A stretch of 64,000 nt of DNA from Gemmataceae bacterium (GCA_045802525.1 JBJMQT010000091.1:11110-75109), one strand, 5' to 3'; positions 28,481 through 39,986 are shown, counted from the first letter of the stretch. The notes: generated from the letters alone by a model not told the origin. Numbers and translations are program-made.

Positions 28481-29557
28481 TCAGGCTTCGCGATTGCCAC
28501 CGAGTAAGTAGCCAAGAATGGCTCGCGCGGAATCGTCCAGGGTTTCCAGGCAACGAATGTCGTAACCCTCGTCGAGCACTAAACCATTGAAATCCTTGAA
28601 GAAGCGCCGCGGGTTTTTGGCCCGAACGATGATGGGCCCCTCGTCAATGAGTTCGACTCCTACGACGTCAGGCATTGCCAGCAAAGCGCCTCCAAGTTCG
28701 CGAGGCCGGTCGGCTTCAATTCGTATCGACAACGGGTGATCGTCCAACAAATCGCGGATCTGAGTTAAAGTGCCGACCGCCGCGATTCGACCGTGAGCCA
28801 TGATGGCGACATGGTCGGTGAGTTTCTCTAATTCGTCTAGTTCGTGGCTGGACGCCAATAGGCATTTACCCTCCTGGGCCAGGCGAAGAAATAAGTCGAT
28901 GAGTTCGGCGCGGCCAACCGGGTCGATGCCGCTAAGCGGCTCATCCAGTACGAGCAATTCGGGATCGTGAATCAAGGCCTGGGCAAGCTTGATGCGTTGC
29001 CTCATGCCTTTGGAGTAGCCGCGCAGTCGGCGGTCGGCGCGGTCCTCCATTTGCACCAGTTCCAGGGCAGCCTCCGTACGGCGGCGGGCTTCTTGTTTGG
29101 GATAACCGCAAAGCCGAGCCATGCACTCGACAAACCGGCGACCCGACATTTCCTCGTAAAAAGAATCCACTTCGGGACAGTAACCAACCAGGCGCTTGGC
29201 CGCTACGCTCCAGGCGTCCTGTCCTCTAACATGGACGGACCCCAGGTCGGGCCGAAGTTGTCCCGTTGCTAAACGCAACAGGGTGCTTTTGCCCGCGCCG
29301 TTGGCGCCGACCAAACCCGTAATGCCGGAACGCAACTCGAGGGTCACCTGATTCACCCCAATCACCGGTCCGTACCATTTGGACACGCGCTCAAACAGGA
29401 GCAAGGGCGCGCCTTGGGCGGGACGCGCAAACGGAACCGCAGTCCGTGTATCGTTTTCTTCAACGAAAGACATCGGGCTGCGGCCAGCGGGCAAATCTAA
29501 CGTATGATCTCGACGGCTCGAATCCGCCGAATCAAGTAGATCAGGCAAATCAGGCAT
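28481..29557 (-). CDS. ABC transporter ATP-binding protein
   Basis: Walker A GANGAGKST, signature YSKGMRQR, Walker B LLVLDEP. The start at 29557 has AGGAG 4 nt upstream. The alternative ATG at 29473 would avoid the overlap with the upstream permease. Confidence 0.9.
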   Translation of the reverse strand: MPDLPDLLDSADSSRRDHTLDLPAGRSPMSFVEENDTRTAVPFARPAQGAPLLLFERVSKWYGPVIGVNQVTLELRSGITGLVGANGAGKSTLLRLATGQLRPDLGSVHVRGQDAWSVAAKRLVGYCPEVDSFYEEMSGRRFVECMARLCGYPKQEARRRTEAALELVQMEDRADRRLRGYSKGMRQRIKLAQALIHDPELLVLDEPLSGIDPVGRAELIDLFLRLAQEGKCLLASSHELDELEKLTDHVAIMAHGRIAAVGTLTQIRDLLDDHPLSIRIEADRPRELGGALLAMPDVVGVELIDEGPIIVRAKNPRRFFKDFNGLVLDEGYDIRCLETLDDSARAILGYLLGGNREA

Positions 29558-30426
29558 ACGGCTCCTAAGAAAATCGCTGCCTCATACCAGCGTGGCTGGG
29601 CGCCCGGGCTTAAACGCCAGCGGGGAATCCGTAAACACGAAGCCCCTAGCAAATAAGTGCTATTCCAAAGATCTATTAAGCGCCAGCGCGGATGGTAATG
29701 CAACCGGTCCACCAACACCGAAGCGATAAACCGGCAAAAAACGAATAGCGTGGCCCAACCCATGATCAAAGGCACTGTCCGACGCAACCACGTCGCGGCC
29801 GCAATGATAATCACGCTCAAAGAAAGTGTAAGAATCAGTCCATATCCCAGGATGCCCAAAACCAGGTATCCCGATTGCCAAAAATACTCCTCTTCGAGCA
29901 TTCCGTATTCAAAGAACAAGATAAGGGCCGGCAGCGTTGTCATCAGGTTGATGAAGACGCCAATGGCCAGGCCTTTGCCCAGCAAATAATGCCAGCGCGA
30001 AATCGGTTTGGCCAAATAGAAAGGCAAGCTGCCGTATTGGATGTCGTTGCCGATCAGAAGGGATCCCGCCAAAGCGAGCACCATCATGACCGTGTAGCCT
30101 TGATACCAAAAGAAGTTCGCATAGGTGACATCTTTGCCGTTAAGCTTCAGATTTTCGCCTAGCTGCTTAACCAGGACTCGTGGGTTTTCCTTCATCCCTC
30201 CGACAATGCGAACTTCCTGATCGCCCGCCTGCGACGAAGCCCAGGAAAGCGTGTACTGGCCGAAGAAGAAGAGGAGGAAGATCATCAATCCGAGGATATA
30301 GGTCGCCCAGAAAAGCTTTCGGCGAAACATCATTTGCAGCGCCACGCGGCCAATCGGCCAAATGCCCATGCCGGGACCGTGAAGGGTCCCTCGCCAAGGT
30401 CTATAACGCAGCAAATGGACTGTCAT
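29497..30426 (-). CDS. ABC-2-type permease-like membrane protein
   Basis: ATG at 30424-30426 (MTVHLLRYRPWRG). The protein has multiple TM segments and sits between the two ATPase genes. Confidence 0.65.
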   Translation of the reverse strand: MTVHLLRYRPWRGTLHGPGMGIWPIGRVALQMMFRRKLFWATYILGLMIFLLFFFGQYTLSWASSQAGDQEVRIVGGMKENPRVLVKQLGENLKLNGKDVTYANFFWYQGYTVMMVLALAGSLLIGNDIQYGSLPFYLAKPISRWHYLLGKGLAIGVFINLMTTLPALILFFEYGMLEEEYFWQSGYLVLGILGYGLILTLSLSVIIIAAATWLRRTVPLIMGWATLFVFCRFIASVLVDRLHYHPRWRLIDLWNSTYLLGASCLRIPRWRLSPGAQPRWYEAAIFLGAVCLICLIYLIRRIRAVEIIR

Positions 30427-30514
30427 TGTTCCTCTTGAGAGATCACGGCCCTCGGTGTCATTTAGGAAGCAGAAGAGTGCCATTGACTTAGGAATCTGGC
30501 CGGGCTCGGCGTGG

Positions 30515-30589
30515 GTGGCCGCGGCTGAGGTACTCCGAAGCCCCGGATTTTCCCGTACCGGGCCTCCATAGTACTTCAGCCGCAGCCAC
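30515..30589. repeat. Large intercistronic hairpin (20-nt arms)
   Basis: GTGGCCGCGGCTGAGGTACT (30515-30534) pairs with AGTACTTCAGCCGCAGCCAC (30570-30589). 18 of 20 positions are complementary, and the loop has an inner CCCGG/CCGGG stem. It lies between the ATPase stop (30604) and the permease start (30426). Confidence 0.75.
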
Positions 30590-30603
30590 TTAACTCCTCG
30601 GGC

Positions 30604-31647
30604 TTAATCATCTTGCAATCCCACTTTGCCAGCGTCGTTCTTACTCTCAGCCAATACTCGGTGAAACAATTCGTCCAAGTCTTCATCATCCGGCTGCAAG
30701 CCGCGCAGCAGAATGCCGTGATGATCGGCAAGGGTGAAGAAATTTCTCGTTACCCAGCCTTCCGGCACTGCCACGCGCAGATTGCCTTCCTGATTGTCGT
30801 GGACGATCCGAGCGCCTTCAAGACACAAGTCCTCGATAAATGCCTTGGATTCGCCCTCGATCTGCAATCGGTAACGATCCTGCCGTCGAGTGCGGAGGCT
30901 GGCCACCTTGCCTTGTTGCAGGACGCGGCCATGATCGAGGATAACCACGGTGTCGCACACGCGCTCTACGTCGCCCAGGAGATGTGTGGAAAGAATCATC
31001 GACTTGCCATGGTCTCTGCCCAGCGCGGCCAGCAGATGAAGCATGGCCTCCCGGCCAGCCGGATCAAGTCCGCTCGTAGGCTCGTCGAGCAAGAGAAGAG
31101 GCGGATCGTGAACCAAGGCCTGAGCCAGCTTGATGCGCTGTTTCATGCCGGTCGAGTATTCCTCCAATTTGCGATAGCGGGCGTCTTCCAGCTCCAAATA
31201 GGTCAAAACTTCGTGGGCCCGCCGTTGGGCCTCGCGTCGGGACATCCCATAGAGTTCCCCGGCCAGGCTGACATACTCAGAACCGCGCAATCCCGGAAGG
31301 AGCGCGTCTGCCTCCGGCATGTAGCCGATGGAGCGGCGCAAGACGACGCCTGCCGAGCCGAGTTTGTGGCCCAGGACAGAGCCCGATCCGGAGGAAGGTG
31401 GGATCAAACCCAAAAGAATCTTAAGAAGGCTAGATTTACCGGCGCCATTGGGTCCCAGCAAACCAATGCGTCCAGGCGGAAGCCGCAAATTGATTCCGGA
31501 CAGAGCCTGGAATTTGCCATAGAAGCGGGACAGGTCGCGGAGTTCCAGAAGGGAGTCGACGGACTCGTTAGCCGAGGCGGCAATTTCCATCTCTACGACA
31601 TCCACTCTTATCTCCTGGCCGCTGCTCGACAAGATCTTCAAATCCAA
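30604..31647 (-). CDS. ABC transporter ATP-binding protein
   Basis: Walker A GPNGAGKSS, signature YSTGMKQR, Walker B LLLLDEP, plus a C-terminal accessory domain. Confidence 0.9.
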   Translation of the reverse strand: MDLKILSSSGQEIRVDVVEMEIAASANESVDSLLELRDLSRFYGKFQALSGINLRLPPGRIGLLGPNGAGKSSLLKILLGLIPPSSGSGSVLGHKLGSAGVVLRRSIGYMPEADALLPGLRGSEYVSLAGELYGMSRREAQRRAHEVLTYLELEDARYRKLEEYSTGMKQRIKLAQALVHDPPLLLLDEPTSGLDPAGREAMLHLLAALGRDHGKSMILSTHLLGDVERVCDTVVILDHGRVLQQGKVASLRTRRQDRYRLQIEGESKAFIEDLCLEGARIVHDNQEGNLRVAVPEGWVTRNFFTLADHHGILLRGLQPDDEDLDELFHRVLAESKNDAGKVGLQDD

Positions 31648-31772
31648 ACCATTTTAGCAGGCCGCGGCAAGGGGTATCGCGCTCCAGCCAATTTTATGGT
31701 TGCGAACACGACACAGCCGCGACCTTTAGGCAGGGATTCCGTCAACGGTCCCTAATAGTCGCGGCTCTGACA

Positions 31773-32972
31773 TTACGTCGTGTAATCCGCATTAAGGTGA
31801 ACGTACTCAGGTGTTAGATCGCAGGTCCACACGGTGGCTTGGCCGGATCCAAGCGTAAACCGGAGCAGAAAAGTAATGGCGCGATTGTTCTTGATATAGG
31901 CGGAAGCGGTGGCGGCATCAAAAGGCAACGGCGCGCCGGCCTGATAGACAGGAATGTCCCCGAGCCAAAGGGACAATTGCACTTCTTGAAAATCGACGCC
32001 GGCATAGCCGGCGGCCGATACAATTCGGCCCCAATTGGGATCGGCCCCATAAATAGCTGTCTTGACAAGCGGGCTATCGGCCACGGCGCAGCCAATTTGG
32101 CGCGCTTCTTCGTCGTCGCGCGTGCCTTCCACTTGAATGGTGACTAGATGCGTGGCCCCCTCGGCATCGCCGGCAACGGACATGGCCAAGTCGCGACAAA
32201 CCCCCGTGGCGGCGCTCTCGAAAGCAGCCAGGGCTTCCCCCTGCCAAGGAGGGCCGGCGCCGTTGGCAAGGAAAATCAGCGAATCGTTGGTGCTCGTGTG
32301 GCCTTCGACACGGACGCAATTAAACGTTTGATTGGCTGCCGAGGCCGCCAAATTGACCAACCCTTCGACCGCTACAGGGGCGTCGGTCAGCACAAAGGCC
32401 AGCAGCGTGGCCATATTCGGCCCGATCATGGCCGCGCCCTTGGCCAAGCCGGTGACGCGCGCCGTGCCGAGGTTCGTTTGGATTTGCCGTGTCGATACCT
32501 TGATATGCGTGTCCGTCGTGAGGATAGCATGGGCGGCGTGTTCAAAAGCGATGGACGAGCTCTGAAGTTCCTTGGCTGCCTGGCGTATTCCCTCCTCGAT
32601 ACACGGCATGGGCAATGGGCGGCCGATGACCCCGGTCGAGCACACGAGCACCTGCTTAGCCTCGCAGTCCAGCGACTGGGCGGCGACGTCCGTCATGCGT
32701 CGAGCGTCGTCCAGACCTCGTTGTCCGGTACAGGCGTTGGCGTTACCCGAACAAATCACGATGCCCCGGACATCCGAGGCGGGCAGCCGCTGGCGACAGA
32801 TCTGAACGGGCGCCGCCACAATGCGATTCTGCGTAAAGACGCCCGCCGCCGTTGCCGACCGATCGCTCACCAACAGAGCGAGATCGCGCCGATCGGGTTC
32901 AGGCCGAATGCCGCAGTGAAGTCCGGCAAATCGATAACCCTGGGCAAGTTGCCAGTCGGGCATGTATTCCAT
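31773..32972 (-). CDS. argJ: Bifunctional glutamate N-acetyltransferase / amino-acid acetyltransferase ArgJ
   Basis: 399 aa with LTTDT, the autoprocessing context PNMATLLAFV, and the C-terminal VHLNADYTT. Confidence 0.9.
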   Translation of the reverse strand: MEYMPDWQLAQGYRFAGLHCGIRPEPDRRDLALLVSDRSATAAGVFTQNRIVAAPVQICRQRLPASDVRGIVICSGNANACTGQRGLDDARRMTDVAAQSLDCEAKQVLVCSTGVIGRPLPMPCIEEGIRQAAKELQSSSIAFEHAAHAILTTDTHIKVSTRQIQTNLGTARVTGLAKGAAMIGPNMATLLAFVLTDAPVAVEGLVNLAASAANQTFNCVRVEGHTSTNDSLIFLANGAGPPWQGEALAAFESAATGVCRDLAMSVAGDAEGATHLVTIQVEGTRDDEEARQIGCAVADSPLVKTAIYGADPNWGRIVSAAGYAGVDFQEVQLSLWLGDIPVYQAGAPLPFDAATASAYIKNNRAITFLLRFTLGSGQATVWTCDLTPEYVHLNADYTT

Positions 32973-32991
32973 CCTGCGTGTATGCTTTCAG

Positions 32992-35364
32992 TCAGCGCTT
33001 AAGTGCATACAAGACAATCGCGCTCGCCAACCGGACGGCGCTTTCGTGGTCGTGGCCCAAGCATTCGGTTGAAGCGTGTTTCTCCAAGGCGCAGCCGATG
33101 TCGTACTTACTGTAGATGACGACCCAGCGGCCGTCGATCTTTATCCCTTCGAGCGCGGGCTCGACGACCGGGTAGCCGACGGAAAGGGCTTTGTTGCCCG
33201 CGATATCCCGCCGGCAGCGCACTTTTTCGATGGCCGTGCCGTTTAGGTCAGCGCTGTACAGCTCATCGCGCAGCGGAATCGGTTCCATGTCCTTGCCGAA
33301 TACGGCTCTGATGAACTCGCGAAACGATTTATCAAAGTTCTTCGAGCCGCAGCACGCATCGGCAAACAAAAGCCCGCCGGCCTTTTCTAAGTTGAAGCGC
33401 AACGTTTCCATGGCCCTCTTGTTAGGCATGTCGAAGCTGTTGCGGCCGTGCATATAAAGCAGCTTGAAGTCGATCAGGTTGGCGTCGTTGAAGGCCAATT
33501 GTTCCGCTTTGATCGACACCTTGGCGCCGCGTTTGGCTAGCTCGCGCATGAGGTTGGGCATGGCGTTCTTTGCGGGCTGCCAATCGCCGGTATGTTTCAG
33601 TTGCGCGACTTTCAGATAACTCTTCGGCGGCTCCTTGCCGTCGTCGCGGAGAATGTCGGTCTCATGCAAACGCGGCTGAGGCGGCTCCATGCCCGTGGCG
33701 TAGGCGATGATGTTGGCGCCGATTTGGAAGGCGATTTTGGCATCGTCCTCGAATCGGTTGGATTCCCACTGGCACGACAGATCATGCGGAATGTAGACAA
33801 GCACAGTCTTGCAGCCGTAGTTGAGGCCCCACAATTCCACTTTGGCAGGGTCGACCAAAAACTTGCCGGAAGCTCGGTAGATAGGATGCTCCGGCGATAG
33901 CCGGGTGAGCTTGTAATCGGGAAATAGTTTTTCCTCCACAAGCCGGCGGAATCCTCGGTCAAACCCTGGTTGGCCGCAACAGGCTTCGGCGATAATGAAA
34001 CCGCCCTCCTCGACGTACTTTTGCAGCATTTCGATTTCTTTTTCTTCAAACTGTGGCGCATGGTGGCCGTTGAAATAGACGATAGGCGATTGCAACAACT
34101 CCGCCGCCAGGTCCTCGGAACCTTGGACACCCGACCTCTTGTAGTCAAAGATTTGCCAGCCCAGCGGTATTCGTTTGAAGATTTCGCGGCTGGTGAAGTC
34201 GACCAAATGGCGAACGTCGTTACGGTCGTTGTTCCAATCGTCCTGCGTGATGCGGCCGCCGCCCAGATTCGCCGCATGGGTCAACTTGCTGATGAGAATG
34301 GGCGTGCGCCCTTTGGAAAGAAACAGCAGGCCAAAGCAGGTGTTGACCAGGGAGGACCCTTCGAAGGGGGGCTGCCCTTTCCAGCTCCCATCCTTGGCAT
34401 CCTGCGCCTCGACGAGGAATTCGCAGCCCTCGCGATACCAATCGTGGTTGCCGATGAAGCGGAGTCCCGAGAGCCGGCCGGCCCGCTCCAAGCCGTAAAG
34501 GTAGTAATAGAGAACGATCTGGTTGGCGAAACGGACCTGGGTGAAGTCCTTGGGCCCGGGCAAATGCAGAGAAAGCCAATTGAGCGCTTTCTTAACCTCT
34601 TCGCTTTCCTTGTAAACGCCGCAGTCTTTCCAGGTCCCATTTCCCAGAGGCTTCTCCCGCCCGGCATTGAGATCCATGCCGGTTATGATCAATCCGCACA
34701 GGCCGGCGGTTGTCATGGTCAGCGTGGCGGGTTCCCGGGGGTCCGGGTGATACCCCCAACCGCCGTCCCTGGTCTGCGTGCGCACGTAAAAGTCGCGAAT
34801 TTCTTGCAAGTCTTTTTTGTCTACCGTCGCGCCGGCTTGCAAGGCTTCGTGAAGCCCCAAAAGGACGTACTGCGTATTGGAATTGTTGCGAGCCGACCCA
34901 TCGTTCTTGTGGTAAGACCACCCCTGGAGCTGGCCTCCGTCGTAAACGCGGGCGTCGAGCATCCATTTGACATTTTCCTGGATACGGATCTTATCACGCC
35001 CCTGAGCCTGGCCCGCGTGCGCTAAGACCATCGTTTGCAGACCGACGGTGTAGGTTTGGTCGTTGGGCAAACTATTGCGAATATAATCGAGAGCTTTTTC
35101 AAGGAGCGGGTCGTCCGGCGGCACCCCGGCGGTCAGAAGAGCCAGCGTCGCTAAGCAGGTCGGCCCGCCTTTCCGCGGCACGCCATAGATGTCCGATTCC
35201 CAGTTCCCGTCTTTTGCCTTGCTCTTGATAAATGCCTTGGCACGCTCGATGGCCTTGTCAACTTTCTTGACAAGCGGTTCGGGTTTTCGATCCGCGGCGA
35301 GAGTCCGGGGGACTTGGCAAACAACAATGGCAAGCGCGACGAGGGTAAACGTGGTCCACCGCAT
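32992..35364 (-). CDS. Large secreted protein: N-terminal prenyltransferase/terpene-cyclase-like repeats plus C-terminal DUF4159-like modules
   Basis: 790 aa with the signal peptide MRWTTFTLVALAIVVCQVPRTLAA. It has repeats with GGWGYHPD/GSWKG signatures and two C-terminal segments with AEACCG/ADACCG motifs. The family names come from memory. Confidence 0.6.
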   Translation of the reverse strand: MRWTTFTLVALAIVVCQVPRTLAADRKPEPLVKKVDKAIERAKAFIKSKAKDGNWESDIYGVPRKGGPTCLATLALLTAGVPPDDPLLEKALDYIRNSLPNDQTYTVGLQTMVLAHAGQAQGRDKIRIQENVKWMLDARVYDGGQLQGWSYHKNDGSARNNSNTQYVLLGLHEALQAGATVDKKDLQEIRDFYVRTQTRDGGWGYHPDPREPATLTMTTAGLCGLIITGMDLNAGREKPLGNGTWKDCGVYKESEEVKKALNWLSLHLPGPKDFTQVRFANQIVLYYYLYGLERAGRLSGLRFIGNHDWYREGCEFLVEAQDAKDGSWKGQPPFEGSSLVNTCFGLLFLSKGRTPILISKLTHAANLGGGRITQDDWNNDRNDVRHLVDFTSREIFKRIPLGWQIFDYKRSGVQGSEDLAAELLQSPIVYFNGHHAPQFEEKEIEMLQKYVEEGGFIIAEACCGQPGFDRGFRRLVEEKLFPDYKLTRLSPEHPIYRASGKFLVDPAKVELWGLNYGCKTVLVYIPHDLSCQWESNRFEDDAKIAFQIGANIIAYATGMEPPQPRLHETDILRDDGKEPPKSYLKVAQLKHTGDWQPAKNAMPNLMRELAKRGAKVSIKAEQLAFNDANLIDFKLLYMHGRNSFDMPNKRAMETLRFNLEKAGGLLFADACCGSKNFDKSFREFIRAVFGKDMEPIPLRDELYSADLNGTAIEKVRCRRDIAGNKALSVGYPVVEPALEGIKIDGRWVVIYSKYDIGCALEKHASTECLGHDHESAVRLASAIVLYALKR

Positions 35365-35550
35365 GGACGGCTCCTTGAAAGAATCGGTGAGCGGGTGGCG
35401 TAAGCCCCCTGACGATGATTGAATGCCCTAATCAGGGAGTTTGCGCCGCCCGCTCACCTGTGAAGTCATTGTCCCCGGTTGTTTCCTCTCTGCCAAGGGA
35501 ACAAATCGCTGGCCGCCAAGTCCATTACAGGCTAAGATGCCCATGCTCAT

Positions 35551-35632
35551 CGCTAGGGGTGTCCGCCTTTGGAAGCGGGCTGAGAGTAGACCCTGGGACC
35601 TGATCCGGCTCATACCGGCGTGGGGAAGCGAG
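35551..35632 (+). promoter_or_regulatory. TPP (THI-box) riboswitch upstream of thiC
   Basis: CTAGGGGTGTCCGCC...GGGCTGAGAGTAGACCCTGGGACCTGATCCGGCTCATACCGGCGTGGGGAAGCG matches the conserved GGGGUGC..GCUGAGA..ACCC..ACCUGAUCYGGNUMAUACCRGCG..GGGA core. Confidence 0.9.
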
Positions 35633-35740
35633 ACGGCGTCATGCCTTTGAAATCATTTCCAGGGCGTTTTCGCTCCTCAACTTCCCGCCGAGTTTTCGCC
35701 TTGTCCCTTCGCCATTGTTCGCCCTTGGCCTGCACGATGA

Positions 35741-37093
<1,353 letters not shown>

Positions 37094-37113
37094 TGGCGGC
37101 GTGAGGGTCGTTG

Positions 37114-38214
37114 ATGGCAGCCGGATTTGCCAATGCGTTGATGTTCATCTCGCTCATGCTCGCGGGCGTGGTCGTGGGCTTCATTGTCATTTCCTATGCC
37201 GCGCATTGTTTCCTACTGATTATCGAAGATACGGCTGCCGGCAACGACGAAGTCATTTGGCCTGAAGAGCCGCTCTACGATTGGATCATGAAGGGCTTTT
37301 ACCTTGTTGCGGTAGTCGCCATCTGGCTGGCGCCCCTGGGCGTTATCGCCCGGATTCTCAAAGTGAACGGAGCTTCGCAGCCGCTGTTTCTCTCCTGGCT
37401 GGGCCTGGCCATTGCCCTTTTGTGGTTAATGTTTCCCATCAGCCTTTTTTCCGCCATGAGCGCTCAATCGCGCTGGGTTTTGCTGCGCTGGACCATTCTT
37501 CGCGAATTGGCGCGCGTCTCGGGCGCCTTGCTGACTCTCTACTTCGCGAGCGGCCTTCTATTGGCAGCTCTCGTTGGGCTGGGATATCTGACGGTCGAAG
37601 GAGGACGACTTTGGCTGCTGGTTTTCCTCGGGCCCATGGCTTCGTGGGGTTTATTGGTTTACGGACGCCTCCTGGGCCGGCTTGCTTGGCAACTGGAACA
37701 ACTTAAACCGCGCAAGAAAAAGAAATCGGCGAGCAAACCGAATCTGCCCAAAGGATATGCCGCGGACAGCACCGATCCTTGGAAAGGACCGCCCAAGCGA
37801 CGTAAACGTAAGAAAATACCGGAGCCCGAGCCGGCGCCCCGACAGAAAGCTAAACCTGCACTAGAAGGCTATGCAATCTCATCGGAGCCCCTTCCAGCCC
37901 ACCCCACAGACATTCCTTTAGACGGTTATGCCGCAGTCGGCTATGAAACGGTGCCGGTCCGTCACGATCCCGAGGAAGAACGCGAACTGGCAAAACGAAA
38001 CGCGGAGGGCCGAGAAATTCCACAACCTTCGGCCCTTCAAATGCAATTAGCCCAACGCACGAAGCTGCCCCCGCCACCGAACAAGCCCATGTTCAGCGGC
38101 GTGTACAACTTCCCCTTTTATCCGACGACTCTTCAAGCCTTTGTCAAACTCGGCCTGGGTTTCTACGCCATGGGCGCCATCATGATGGCCGCTCGCAATT
38201 TCTTGCCCTGGTAG
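37114..38214 (+). CDS. Membrane protein with a Lys/Pro-rich linker, unknown function
   Basis: About 5 TM segments, then KPRKKKKSASKPNLPKG...PPKRRKRKKIPEPEP, then a C-terminal TM. Confidence 0.6.
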   Translation: MAAGFANALMFISLMLAGVVVGFIVISYAAHCFLLIIEDTAAGNDEVIWPEEPLYDWIMKGFYLVAVVAIWLAPLGVIARILKVNGASQPLFLSWLGLAIALLWLMFPISLFSAMSAQSRWVLLRWTILRELARVSGALLTLYFASGLLLAALVGLGYLTVEGGRLWLLVFLGPMASWGLLVYGRLLGRLAWQLEQLKPRKKKKSASKPNLPKGYAADSTDPWKGPPKRRKRKKIPEPEPAPRQKAKPALEGYAISSEPLPAHPTDIPLDGYAAVGYETVPVRHDPEEERELAKRNAEGREIPQPSALQMQLAQRTKLPPPPNKPMFSGVYNFPFYPTTLQAFVKLGLGFYAMGAIMMAARNFLPW

Positions 38215-38462
38215 CCGCCAATTTGCGGAATGGTCGACTTTGTGGAATGAGCGCGATTGTCCGGCGTTAAATAAGGGGTAACCTTTTTGTGGGTAATCTT
38301 TTTGTAAATCTTGTTGGCATTCTGGTCGCCGTTCGTCCATGATTTAGCTTGTGGATCACCTTTTCACGGCAAGGGAGTGCGGACGGTCGTTTGCGGCTTC
38401 AGGCTTGCAAATACGAACCTTATTTTTGCGGTCCGCGTTCTCGCCTCCTGGAGGGTCTCCTC

Positions 38463-39986
38463 GTGGGTGGCAGCATTTCTGATTCGCTCGATAAAGTCGA
38501 TCCGGGCATGGCGTGGTCGCCCTGGCAGCCCGACAAAGCAAACCCCTTCGATCTAAAGTGGGCCGGCCATCTCTATCGGCGCACGACGTTCGGCGTCGGC
38601 TTCGACAAACTGCGCGCGGCCGTCGATATGGGCTTTGAAGCCACGCTCGACGAAATCTTGAAAGGCGAGGTCGGCGTCGCCAACGATTATTACACGCGCG
38701 AGCGCATGGCTCTTAAGATGTTCGAAGAGCGGCAGATGATGCCTGGGGAGATGCAAGACCCGTTCGAGCTTCAGGTGTGGTGGTTTACTCTTCTTTTCAA
38801 CACGCTGCATCCGCTGCGCGAGAAGATGACGCTCTTTTGGCACAATCATTTTTGCTCGAGCATCGCCAAGGTAAAAAACGGCAAGCTCATGCTCTTGCAA
38901 AACATGCTCTTGCGAAAATACGCTTTGAGCAAGTTCGGCCCGTTTCTTCAAGCCATGACGGCCGATCCGGCTCTGCTCATTTACCTCGATTCAAACGACA
39001 ACAAGAAAGGCAATCCCAACGAGAACTATGCCCGCGAGGTCATGGAACTCTTCAGCCTGGGCGTAGGCAATTACACCGAGCAGGACATCCGTGAGGCGGC
39101 CCGCGCTTTCACCGGCTGGCACACCGAAGGCGAAGAATTCTACTTTAATGCCCGCGAGCATGATCGCGGCGTCAAGAAATTCCTCGGCAAGGAAGGCAAC
39201 TGGAAGGGCGACGACATCGTTCGCATTATTTTGCAGCAGCCGGCGGTTGCAGATTTCATCGTGCGTAAGACGTATCGCTTTTTGGTAAGCGAGATCGATC
39301 CACCGGCGGCGCTGTTGGCTCCTTTGGCCGAATCCTTCCGCAAGAGCAATTACGACATCGCATTGCTGGTGAGCACCATCCTGCGATCCCGGCTCTTTTT
39401 CTCCGACCATGCTTACCGCAAACGCATTAAGAGCCCGGTTGAATTCGTGGTTGGGACGGTCAAAACCTTCATGTTCGGCGACTGGCCCGTGCCGGAGAAC
39501 GCGCTGGTGACCAAGCTGGAAGCCATGGGCCAACTGATCATGGCGCCGCCCAACGTCAAGGGGTGGCCGGGCGGCACGACTTGGCTTAATACGTCAACGA
39601 TCCTGGCCCGCCACAATTTCGCTTATGTCGCTTCCTCGGGATTTTGGCCGGAAAACACACGCAACGGCAGCTTCCTCGACCGCATTGTTCCCGAAGAGGA
39701 AAAGAAAGAGACCCCCTCCGACGACCCGCCGCGCTTTGAAGAAGAGCCGGATCCGCCCGGCAAATCTGATGTTGCAACGTACCTAAGAAATCTTAAGATT
39801 CGAGATCCCGAACTTGTCGTGAAGCGACTCTTGGACCTTCTGCTGCAAGGGCCGGTAAGTGAGAAATCACACCGGGCCTTGGTTGCCTTTTTGAGCGAGG
39901 GCAAGCCACAGGGCCGGTACCACAGTACCCGTGTCCGCGATACAGCGCATGCGATTATGACTATGCCGGAATATCAGTTGGCTTAA
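38463..39986 (+). CDS. DUF1800 domain protein
   Basis: It has the HLYRRTTFG motif near the N-terminus, is DUF1800-sized, and is followed by a DUF1501 gene (the usual pair). The start is uncertain: GTG at 38463 after a GGAGGG-like RBS, or ATG at 38508. Confidence 0.8.
   Translation: MGGSISDSLDKVDPGMAWSPWQPDKANPFDLKWAGHLYRRTTFGVGFDKLRAAVDMGFEATLDEILKGEVGVANDYYTRERMALKMFEERQMMPGEMQDPFELQVWWFTLLFNTLHPLREKMTLFWHNHFCSSIAKVKNGKLMLLQNMLLRKYALSKFGPFLQAMTADPALLIYLDSNDNKKGNPNENYAREVMELFSLGVGNYTEQDIREAARAFTGWHTEGEEFYFNAREHDRGVKKFLGKEGNWKGDDIVRIILQQPAVADFIVRKTYRFLVSEIDPPAALLAPLAESFRKSNYDIALLVSTILRSRLFFSDHAYRKRIKSPVEFVVGTVKTFMFGDWPVPENALVTKLEAMGQLIMAPPNVKGWPGGTTWLNTSTILARHNFAYVASSGFWPENTRNGSFLDRIVPEEEKKETPSDDPPRFEEEPDPPGKSDVATYLRNLKIRDPELVVKRLLDLLLQGPVSEKSHRALVAFLSEGKPQGRYHSTRVRDTAHAIMTMPEYQLA

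Noticed and set aside
30613-31755. 380-aa ORF antisense to the ABC ATPase gene. Similar long antisense ORFs lie at 32148..33002, 33970..35025, 35777..36820, 21286..21972, 40569..41225 and 61503..62129.
   Set aside because: Each one lies opposite a gene with strong family motifs (ABC ATPase, ArgJ, DUF4159-like, ThiC, PolX, DUF1501, PP2C) and has a shadow-ORF composition.
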